Assembly (NCBI RefSeq): GCF_000148385.1 | Contig: NC_014537.1 | Coordinates: 2,342,138 to 2,374,137 of the forward strand | Direction: 5' to 3' | DNA length: 32,000 nt | DNA from: Vulcanisaeta distributa DSM 14429 | GTDB lineage: Archaea; Thermoproteota; Thermoprotei; Thermoproteales; Thermocladiaceae | Shown here: positions 24,790-32,000 of the stretch, one piece after another | Numbering within the stretch: the first letter of the stretch is position 1 | Layout of the letters: every line of letters begins with the position of its first letter | Notes under the pieces: generated by a model | What the model saw: only the letters and a program-made list of their open reading frames with translations | Databases searched by the model: none | Told to the model about the DNA's origin: nothing | Position numbers and translations under genes: made by a program

Positions 24790-24821
24790 TGCTTATTAAG
24801 TCCACAGTTTAATCGTGCGTG

Positions 24822-25130
24822 ATGAGCGAGAGCGCCAAGGTTGAGGTTGAGAGGGTTTACGTAATTAACCTTAGGAGGACTAGGGAGGTTTCAAGGACAA
24901 AGAGGTCTCCATACGCCGTAAGGTTGATTAGGAAGTTCGTTGCTAGGCACATGAAGGTTGACCCCGAGAAGGTTAAGATTGATAATAGTGTTAATGAGTA
25001 TGTTTGGTCTAGGGGTATTGAGAAGCCTCCGAGGAGGATTGAGGTGAAGGTAACTAAGTATAGTGATGGTACCGTTAAAGTCACGTTAAACGTACCGGAG
25101 AAAGCCGAGGAGAAGGCTGAGTCGAAGTAA
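24822..25130 (+). CDS. rpl31e: 50S ribosomal protein L31e
   Basis: [10 protein letters not shown]...[19 protein letters not shown]...[21 protein letters not shown] matches L31e. Confidence 0.9.
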   Translation: MSESAKVEVERVYVINLRRTREVSRTKRSPYAVRLIRKFVARHMKVDPEKVKIDNSVNEYVWSRGIEKPPRRIEVKVTKYSDGTVKVTLNVPEKAEEKAESK

Positions 25131-25196
25131 TTAACCTTAACTAGCGATTCCTGAATTAGCCGATTCTTTTTAAAGGGCTTTTTATCCCTCATTAAC

Positions 25197-27845
25197 GTGG
25201 TCAGTAATAGGACGTTGCAGTTAATGTCTAGACTCTTCACAGCAGCGCTTTACCTGGCCATCTCCCTAATAGCATTTGTGATTGACTTCCCATTCTACCC
25301 AGTCCCAGTTGCGCTACTCATTATTGCGGTGACCACGGCACTGGCCTACTCAGGGCATGTTAAGCTTGGCTTTGCAATAATGACCATACTCCTAATACCC
25401 GCATTACTCTATGTTTATAAATACGCAGCCCTCGGCGTCCTACTCCTCATATTAATCCTCCTAATTCTAATCAGGGTCTTTGATTGGCTGGGTGTTGGCG
25501 TTGGTATGCTTGCCTGGGAATTCTCGATAATGCCGAACCCACTCTACGTCCTATCAGTACCCTTAATACTAACATCACCAAGCCTCACGATTGGAGTTAC
25601 GAAGAGGGTTACGCCACTTAAGTCATTGATAACGTTCTTAATACTGTACATACCAACGCTACTACTGCTTAACGCTAATAATGCCGTTACTCCCTGGTTT
25701 GGCTATGTAAGCATGAGCCTATCGCCATTGCAGTCATTAACTGCAGGTTCGATAATGACTGCCCTGGGTAGTATGGATGTGGGGCTTTATGGTTTATCCC
25801 AGGCGATTAGTAGGGTCTTTACCTGGGCTAGCACCTATGTGTTACCGCCGATAATGGCGTTGGCTGCCTATATTGCATATGTCGTATCAAGTAAGTTGAG
25901 GTCGCATGACAATAAGGTGGTTAGATTCCTCGCGCCCGCCGTTGGTACGATGATAGCCTACGCATTGATGACATACCTATTATTCTATATGAATCCATAC
26001 TTTGGGCTTTATCAGGGTATTGACGTTAATACGCTAATGCAGGGGTTACTACCTGCCCTAGTTATCAGCCTCGTCATACTACCATTAATAATGCACTTTA
26101 GGCTCGTTGAGATTAAGTTTGAGCAGGAGGAGAAGCAGTCAATGATCGCCCTTGAGCGTGGTTACCAATTAATCCTCAATAAGGATGAACTGAAGTCACT
26201 TGCCAATGAGTGGGACAGCGTGATTGGGCTCGATGATATTAAGAATGAGATAGAGACCTCGGTCATAACGCCACTTAAGGATGTTAAACTATCCCAGAAG
26301 TACGGACTAATGCCGATACATGGAGTCCTTCTATTCGGCCCTCCAGGTGTTGGTAAGACTATGCTCGCGAGGGCCATAGCGGGCAGGTTAGGTTGGACGA
26401 CAATAATAATGAACCTTGGTGAATTGCTCAGTAAGTACTATGGCGAGAGCGAGAACAGGCTGACCGAGCTCTTCAAGGTCGCTAGGAACTATGCGCCATC
26501 AGTAATAATAATTGATGAGTTTGATGCCATTGGTAAGGCTAGGACTAGGTACGTGAGTGATGACGTCACACCTAGGCTACTGAATATCTTGCTCAGTGAG
26601 ATGGATGGAATAACCAAGAGTAACGAGAATATCCTAGTGATTGGGACAACCAATCAGCCCGACCTTTTAGACCCGGCATTGCTTAGGCCTGGTAGGTTTG
26701 ACAAGGTCATCTACGTGCCACCGCCCAATGAGGAGACCAGGGCTAGGATGTTTGAGGCAATGCTTAAGGATAAGCCCATTCAGGGGCCAATTGATTATGC
26801 GAAGCTTGCTAAGATGACCGATAGGTTCACGGGCGCGGATATAATGAATGTGGTTAGGACGGCCGTGCTTGAGTCATTGAAGGAGGGTAAGCCCATAACC
26901 CAGGGAAAGCTTGAGGAGATAATCAATAGGTATAAGCCGAGCCTCACCTATGACCTGCTTGAGAAGTATGAGGCCTTTAGGCTTCAGTACAGTAGGTTGA
27001 GGACTTATGGTAAGGCCCAGGTTGGTATTCCAGAGGTTACTTGGAATGATGTTGGTGATCTTGAGGAGGTTAAGGAGGTCATTAATAAGTACGTGGTTGC
27101 CACAATGCAGAGGAGGGATATACTCGAGAAGTTGGGTATTGAGCCTATACACGGAATACTCCTCTTTGGCCCTCCGGGTGTTGGTAAGACCCTAGTTGCG
27201 AAGGCGACGGCTAATATGCTTAAGGCAAACTTCATAGAGCTTAATGGCGCCGAGCTAGCTAGGGTAGGCCCTGAGAGGGCTGCTGCCGTTGTTAAGGACG
27301 TATTTAATATGGCCCGTGACAACGCCCCAGCCATAATATTCATTGACGAAATAGACTCGGTGGCACCACCTAGAGATTCACCAACAGGCAGTGTTTGGTC
27401 TAACGTCATTGCCCAACTACTGACTGAGATGGATGGCCTGAGGGGTTTAAATAACGTCATTGTTATAGCAGCTACGAATAGGCCCTGGTTCATTGACCCA
27501 GCGCTGCTTAGGCCTGGTAGGTTTGACAAGGTAATTTATATACCACCACCGAATAGGGATGCCAGGCGTGAGATAATTAAAATACACATTAGAAATGCCG
27601 AGGTTGAGGAGGGCGTGATTGACTGGGTCGCCGAAGTTACTGAGGGCTATAGTGGTGCTGATCTGGCTGCCTTAGTTAGGGAGGCCAAGATGAGGGCTTT
27701 GGACAGGGTGTTGAGTGGTGATAATAAGGTTAGGATAACTAGGGAGGATTTCGAGTACGCACTTAGTAAGGTTCGTCCATCACTGAGTAGGGAGTTGCTT
27801 AGTCAGTATGAGGACTTTGTGAGGAGGGTTAACCTGATGGTTTAA
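25197..27845 (+). CDS. Membrane-anchored tandem AAA+ ATPase (polytopic N-terminal membrane domain plus Cdc48-like D1 and D2)
   Basis: The first 300 aa or so contain about 8-9 hydrophobic helices. Two complete AAA modules follow: Walker A GPPGVGKT twice, Walker B IIIIDEFD and IIFIDEID, and ALLRPGRFDKVIY twice. Confidence 0.9.
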   Translation: MVSNRTLQLMSRLFTAALYLAISLIAFVIDFPFYPVPVALLIIAVTTALAYSGHVKLGFAIMTILLIPALLYVYKYAALGVLLLILILLILIRVFDWLGVGVGMLAWEFSIMPNPLYVLSVPLILTSPSLTIGVTKRVTPLKSLITFLILYIPTLLLLNANNAVTPWFGYVSMSLSPLQSLTAGSIMTALGSMDVGLYGLSQAISRVFTWASTYVLPPIMALAAYIAYVVSSKLRSHDNKVVRFLAPAVGTMIAYALMTYLLFYMNPYFGLYQGIDVNTLMQGLLPALVISLVILPLIMHFRLVEIKFEQEEKQSMIALERGYQLILNKDELKSLANEWDSVIGLDDIKNEIETSVITPLKDVKLSQKYGLMPIHGVLLFGPPGVGKTMLARAIAGRLGWTTIIMNLGELLSKYYGESENRLTELFKVARNYAPSVIIIDEFDAIGKARTRYVSDDVTPRLLNILLSEMDGITKSNENILVIGTTNQPDLLDPALLRPGRFDKVIYVPPPNEETRARMFEAMLKDKPIQGPIDYAKLAKMTDRFTGADIMNVVRTAVLESLKEGKPITQGKLEEIINRYKPSLTYDLLEKYEAFRLQYSRLRTYGKAQVGIPEVTWNDVGDLEEVKEVINKYVVATMQRRDILEKLGIEPIHGILLFGPPGVGKTLVAKATANMLKANFIELNGAELARVGPERAAAVVKDVFNMARDNAPAIIFIDEIDSVAPPRDSPTGSVWSNVIAQLLTEMDGLRGLNNVIVIAATNRPWFIDPALLRPGRFDKVIYIPPPNRDARREIIKIHIRNAEVEEGVIDWVAEVTEGYSGADLAALVREAKMRALDRVLSGDNKVRITREDFEYALSKVRPSLSRELLSQYEDFVRRVNLMV

Positions 27846-27913
27846 TTGGTTTTATCTTCTAAGGAGATTATTGTGGGCTTAGTAATTTAAAGGCGCCTTT
27901 TCACAGTTTTGTC

Positions 27914-28744
27914 ATGAGTCAAAAACCTGAAGCATTGAAGAATGTAATCGAGGAAGTTACGAAATTGGTAAAGGAGGGGTATTCCCTAACCGGCATTGTG
28001 AAGGAGGTTACTGAGGCGATTAATAAGGACGTTGGCTTGAGCAAGGTAATATTCAATGAGATAAAGGAGTCAATGGTTAAGATAAGCCCCGGCAACGTGC
28101 CTGTAGGCCTATTCACGCAATGCGCACTAATACCCAGTTATTACCTGACCGGTAAGACTCCAAGCATTGATTGGGGCGACGTGACAATGCACCTACTGGG
28201 TAAGATGATACACAGCCTAGCCATTGCCGAGATAAAGAACAGGCTTGGTAGCAAATGCATAGAGGGTGTTGAGGTCATGTATACGTACAATGCCTGGACA
28301 ATGAGGGGTAAGCCGGACCTTGACTGTGGTAATTACTATCTTGAGTTTAAGACGATAATGGGTAGGGTTACGAAGGCCAGGTTATTCCACGACATGATAC
28401 AGGCGGGTTTCTACTCGGCGGCGGGTAATAAAAATACATACATACTTTACCTAGTACTTAGCGATGGTGTGTTGCGCAATATAGTGCCTATCGAGATCAT
28501 ACCGGAGGTTGGTTACCCAGTTATTTATGCCTTTAAGCTTTGGGTAAAGGCCGTGGAGGGTGGTGATATCGGGGCATTAACGGTTAAGACGACGTCATGC
28601 AAGGTGTGTAGATTTAGGAACATATGTATAATGAGAACTAGGAATCCGCATGAGGTGTTCCTACCAGGTAAGGAATTGCTTGATAATTATCTCGACTACG
28701 TAAAGCACGAGGTTTCTAAGGCGGGGGTTAAGGTGGTTGGTTGA
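27914..28744 (+). CDS. Cas4-like / RecB-family PD-(D/E)xK nuclease with a 4Fe-4S cluster motif (stand-alone)
   Basis: Motifs appear in canonical order: N-terminal Cys (FTQCAL), GKMIHS, GKPDLD, YLEFK (ExK), QAGFY (QxxxY), and the C-terminal CKVCRFRNIC (Cx2Cx5C). Confidence 0.7.
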   Translation: MSQKPEALKNVIEEVTKLVKEGYSLTGIVKEVTEAINKDVGLSKVIFNEIKESMVKISPGNVPVGLFTQCALIPSYYLTGKTPSIDWGDVTMHLLGKMIHSLAIAEIKNRLGSKCIEGVEVMYTYNAWTMRGKPDLDCGNYYLEFKTIMGRVTKARLFHDMIQAGFYSAAGNKNTYILYLVLSDGVLRNIVPIEIIPEVGYPVIYAFKLWVKAVEGGDIGALTVKTTSCKVCRFRNICIMRTRNPHEVFLPGKELLDNYLDYVKHEVSKAGVKVVG

Positions 28745-29670
28745 TGAGCCTCGAGGAAATAACAGACCTGGCAAATTACCTACTGAATAGGTTGCAGCTT
28801 AGGGATACCCACTTCGTAACGTCGATAGCCAGGTGCTCATTGCTCTCGCTGAGGAGGGACGTTAGTATAATGGACGAGGCTTACAGTGAGTATTTGCCGA
28901 GGGTATTGACAGTATGTGCCACGGAGAAGCATGTAATTAGGGTTGAGGATGTGACTATCGAATTACCAAGGCTCCTTAGGTGTGGTGATTCATTAGTATT
29001 GCCAAAGCTCATGCTCCTTAAGGACAACGTCAGGTCTCACATAGTTGAGGCATTGCTGGTGGCTGCGCTGCTTAATACCGAGATTCAATTGCACTATTTA
29101 TCTAAGAACATAAGTGGTGATATTGAGGAGGGTTTATCAATAACTATAAAGCCCGAGTGGGGTAAGGAGTTGCTCAATGCTGTCATTAATTCATTAAGGA
29201 ACAAGGAGGTTGGCGTTAAGACTATTAGTTGTGCCATATGCCCATTAAGGGATGTGTGTCCATTCAGTAAATTGGGCGATAAGGTGGTACTACCTGATGA
29301 AACCGTGAAGATCGTCGATGAGCTTTACGGCCAGTTAATTACGGAACCAGTAATTATGCAGGAGGAACGTGGTGCGGGGACCTTGACGCCGCCAAGCACG
29401 TTGGATAGGGAGGGTATTAGGAATTACTTGAGGCAGGTGGCCAATTGGGCGCGTTCTCATGGTAGGACGTGGGTTAGCGTGGCTGTTGGTAAGTGCCCAG
29501 TGTGTGGTAGGGAGGGTACACTGGTGATTAGGATAACGAGTGGTGGTGAGAAGGTTGTCTATAGGCATGGTTCCTCAACCTGCACTGTGGGTACCATAGA
29601 TGAGTCAGCGGATAAGATAGGCATTGATAGGTTTTTAGAGATTGAGGGCATTGGGTCAGGAAATAAGTGA
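28744..29670 (+). CDS. Degenerate Cas4-like Fe-S domain protein fused to a C-terminal zinc-ribbon domain
   Basis: Retains the N-terminal Cys (IARCSLLSLRR) and CAICPLRDVC (Cx2Cx5C), but I cannot find the H, ExK or QxxxY catalytic motifs. The C-terminal domain has CPVCG...HGSSTC. Its ATG overlaps the upstream stop (TGATG). Confidence 0.5.
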   Translation: MSLEEITDLANYLLNRLQLRDTHFVTSIARCSLLSLRRDVSIMDEAYSEYLPRVLTVCATEKHVIRVEDVTIELPRLLRCGDSLVLPKLMLLKDNVRSHIVEALLVAALLNTEIQLHYLSKNISGDIEEGLSITIKPEWGKELLNAVINSLRNKEVGVKTISCAICPLRDVCPFSKLGDKVVLPDETVKIVDELYGQLITEPVIMQEERGAGTLTPPSTLDREGIRNYLRQVANWARSHGRTWVSVAVGKCPVCGREGTLVIRITSGGEKVVYRHGSSTCTVGTIDESADKIGIDRFLEIEGIGSGNK

Positions 29671-29725
29671 TTGATCTGTTAGGAGTGTATTAATTGTTAT
29701 AAGGCGGTTATTTAGGTACTTATTA

Positions 29726-30187
29726 ATGACGTTGAGGGTTGGTATTGTAGATACTACCTTTGCTAGGGTTGATATGGCAAGGTACGCAATTGAGGAGTTG
29801 AGGAATAATGACCCATCCGTAGTGATAGAGAGAATAACAGTGCCAGGCTTTAAGAATACTCCCTGGGCCGCCAAGCAACTCATTAATAGGGGTGTTGATG
29901 CGGTCATGGTGTTTGGTTGGATTGGACCGAGCCTAACGGATAAGATAACCTATGCCGTGGCTTCCATGGGCCTCATAATGCTTCAGATTGAGTATGATAA
30001 GCCGATAATTGACGTGACGGTTCACGAGGACGAGGCACGTGATGAGAGGGAATTATTTGATATAGCCGTTGACAGGTCTAGGAAGCACGCTAGAAACCTC
30101 ATACTGATGCTCAGGGGCGAGTTGACGAAGTGGGCTGGCATGGGCCTTAGGCAGGGTCGTCCAGACGTTGGGCCAATCATTAGGTAA
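29726..30187 (+). CDS. ribC: Riboflavin synthase, archaeal type (lumazine-synthase-like fold)
   Basis: LRVGIVDTTFARVDMA...VPGFKNTP.AAK.L...GVDAVMVFGWIG is typical of the archaeal pentameric riboflavin synthase. TATA TGTTATAAGG lies about 22 nt upstream. Confidence 0.85.
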   Translation: MTLRVGIVDTTFARVDMARYAIEELRNNDPSVVIERITVPGFKNTPWAAKQLINRGVDAVMVFGWIGPSLTDKITYAVASMGLIMLQIEYDKPIIDVTVHEDEARDERELFDIAVDRSRKHARNLILMLRGELTKWAGMGLRQGRPDVGPIIR

Positions 30188-30199
30188 AAGCTTTATTAA

Positions 30200-30766
30200 A
30201 TGCCGTGTGAATGTCTCGTTGTGAGTTCATCGATTGAGCTTGTAGGGAAGGTATTCAATGAGTTGATGAGCGTTAATTTACTTATTAGCGTTAAGGATAG
30301 GAAGAACCCATTGGTTTCTGAGTACGTAATTAAGTATGGCAATAAATGCCCCAACATTACCAGCATTGATGAGGACATAAACATGGATAGGGAATTGACC
30401 TGGTACCAAGTATTGACTAACGGCATTGGCCTAAAGCTTAGTATAAATAGGATAGGCGTAAGTTTGGGTTCCAGTGATGGGTCCATAAGAATTACATTAA
30501 GGCTTATGAACGGTGATAGGTTAAAGTCATCTGAGGAATTCATAATGACCTGCGGTGAGGTTAAGGACTCCATTTACGGCAAATCAATCGTGGATTTATT
30601 CATCAACCTTGATGTCATCTCAAGGGTTTTAAATACCGTGAAAGAAAGGAGAAAGCTAAGTGATAATTACATCGATGAGTTATTGAAATTCTTAAGTAAT
30701 GCTAAGTCTAGGGTTGAGCAGGACATAAGGAGGTTGGTTAGTGCCTATCAGTGGTTTGAGGAGTGA
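30200..30766 (+). CDS. Hypothetical protein (start uncertain; the GTG at 30221 fits the TATA spacing better)
   Basis: A long ORF ending 6 nt upstream of the GH57 gene. No motif recognised. Confidence 0.4.
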   Translation: MPCECLVVSSSIELVGKVFNELMSVNLLISVKDRKNPLVSEYVIKYGNKCPNITSIDEDINMDRELTWYQVLTNGIGLKLSINRIGVSLGSSDGSIRITLRLMNGDRLKSSEEFIMTCGEVKDSIYGKSIVDLFINLDVISRVLNTVKERRKLSDNYIDELLKFLSNAKSRVEQDIRRLVSAYQWFEE

Positions 30767-30772
30767 TAGGTT

Positions 30773-31993
30773 ATGGTTAGGAAAATGATATTATTCCTCG
30801 AGATGCATCAACCAAGGAGGTTGAGGTATGGTGTTCTTGATAAGTTGTGTGATTTAAGGGGTGATGAGGTTAATGAGTCGACGATAACCTCAATAATTTT
30901 TAATGACGAGGTGAATAGGGAAATATTGAATAGGGTTGCGGATAGATCGTACATTCCAACCCTCGAGTTGATGAAGGATTTGGGCAATGATGGTTTTAGA
31001 GCAGCCATATCAATATCTGGCTCGTTAATTGATCAGCTATTGATGTGGAGACCTGAGGTTATTGACCTGTTGAAGGAGTTGGTGAAGAGGGATGTTATTG
31101 AGTTGGTTACTGAGCCTTATCATCATTCTCTGGCGTCATTCGTTAGTGGGGATTTATTTCTTGAGGAGTTGAGGGATCATGTGGAGATGAATAAGTCATT
31201 ATTTGGTCAGACGCCCATTGTCTTTGAGAATACGGAATTCCTTTATAGGAATGATTGGGGCATCCTGATGGAGAAGGCCGGCGCTTCGGTGGTCCTCACG
31301 GAAGGGGTTGATTGGGTACTTGGTTGGAGAAGCCCAACTTATCTCTATGGCGCACCTAATTCGAGGATAAAGCTATTACTTAGGCATTACAGGTTGTCCG
31401 ACGATATAGGCTTTAGATTTAGTAATAGGTCCTGGGACCAATGGCCATTAACTGCCGATAAATACATGGCCTGGGTTAGGGCGACACCTGGAGACTTCGT
31501 ACTGGTGGGCTTGGACTTCGAAACGTTTGGCGAACATCACTGGCGTGAGAGCGGGATCTTCGAGTTCCTCGCATGGCTCCCTAAGGAGGCGCGTAGGGCG
31601 GATGTCGAGTTCGTGCATCCATCATCACTGGCAAATGAGGAGCCCATTGATTATTTGGACATACCATCGGTGATATCCTGGGCTGACGTCGAGAAAGATG
31701 GCAGCGCATGGCAGGGAAATGATCTCCAGAGGATTGCACTTAATCACGTGGTTTCCATAGGCAATTTAATGAGGTCCCATGGCCTTGAAAAGACGTGGAA
31801 GTACTTATTAACGAGTGATCATTATTACTACATGTCCATGAAGCATGGACCAAGTGGTGAGGTTCATAGCTATTTCAATCCCTATAACTCGGCACTTGCT
31901 GCATTCAGGGCTATTGAGGATGTCGTAGTAGGCATTACCTGCGCCCTTGCTAATGTGGGAATGAAGAGGGTTAAGTCTCGTGCAGTTAAGTAA
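30773..31993 (+). CDS. Glycoside hydrolase family 57 protein (alpha-amylase / amylopullulanase-like catalytic domain)
   Basis: The N-terminal LEMHQPRRL (hHQP motif), EPYHH, and the catalytic-region DFETFGEHHW are typical of GH57. Confidence 0.8.
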   Translation: MVRKMILFLEMHQPRRLRYGVLDKLCDLRGDEVNESTITSIIFNDEVNREILNRVADRSYIPTLELMKDLGNDGFRAAISISGSLIDQLLMWRPEVIDLLKELVKRDVIELVTEPYHHSLASFVSGDLFLEELRDHVEMNKSLFGQTPIVFENTEFLYRNDWGILMEKAGASVVLTEGVDWVLGWRSPTYLYGAPNSRIKLLLRHYRLSDDIGFRFSNRSWDQWPLTADKYMAWVRATPGDFVLVGLDFETFGEHHWRESGIFEFLAWLPKEARRADVEFVHPSSLANEEPIDYLDIPSVISWADVEKDGSAWQGNDLQRIALNHVVSIGNLMRSHGLEKTWKYLLTSDHYYYMSMKHGPSGEVHSYFNPYNSALAAFRAIEDVVVGITCALANVGMKRVKSRAVK

Positions 31994-32000
31994 GCCATGT

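Noticed and set aside
26668-26730. 28-nt identical stretch (tgcttaggcctggtaggtttgacaaggt) shared with 27506..27533, and near-identical Walker A DNA in both AAA modules
   Set aside because: It is explained by identical peptide motifs (ALLRPGRFDKV, GPPGVGKT) in D1 and D2 combined with strong codon bias. It is not an independent repeat element.
1-32000. CRISPR arrays, cas operons and rRNA genes
   Set aside because: I saw no series of regularly spaced direct repeats and no rRNA-like sequence anywhere. The only Cas-related signal is the stand-alone Cas4-like pair.

Overview
The window looks like a chromosomal segment of a hyperthermophilic crenarchaeon. This is inferred from RadA, ribosomal proteins L14e, L31e and S11, a tungsten-type aldehyde:ferredoxin oxidoreductase, an archaeal riboflavin synthase, and TATA boxes about 22-26 nt upstream of most start codons (leaderless architecture). 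A Thermoproteales-like (Vulcanisaeta/Caldivirga-type) source is only a guess. GC is roughly mid-40s % by eye. Gene density is high on both strands and most genes are housekeeping: translation, riboflavin, NAD salvage, sugar-acid and aldehyde metabolism, and DNA repair (RadA, Ogt). There is one tRNA-Arg(GCG). I found no rRNA and no CRISPR array. Findings, strongest first: (1) A 1.85-kb insertion (6474..8324) with a 5-bp target duplication splits a PflX-type radical-SAM gene. It carries two orphan ORFs linked by a canonical -1 slippery heptamer, has small subterminal hairpin repeats, and has no transposase I can recognise. (2) A translationally coupled pair, a Cas4-like Fe-S PD-(D/E)xK nuclease plus a degenerate Cas4-like protein with a zinc ribbon (27914..29670), sits with no cas or CRISPR context. 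(3) A 37-bp identical repeat containing a perfect 15-bp-stem hairpin flanks a tandem AbrB-like gene on both sides (11572..12136). (4) An 882-aa tandem AAA+ ATPase has a polytopic membrane domain in place of a Cdc48 N-domain, and that domain shares an MPNPLY motif with a stand-alone membrane protein 12 kb away. (5) A 25-30 codon poly-Glu/Trp micro-ORF has its own promoter. (6) Two 51-nt C/D-box sRNA candidates lie in intergenic spacers. All functional calls rest on motif recognition by eye; no database search was possible.
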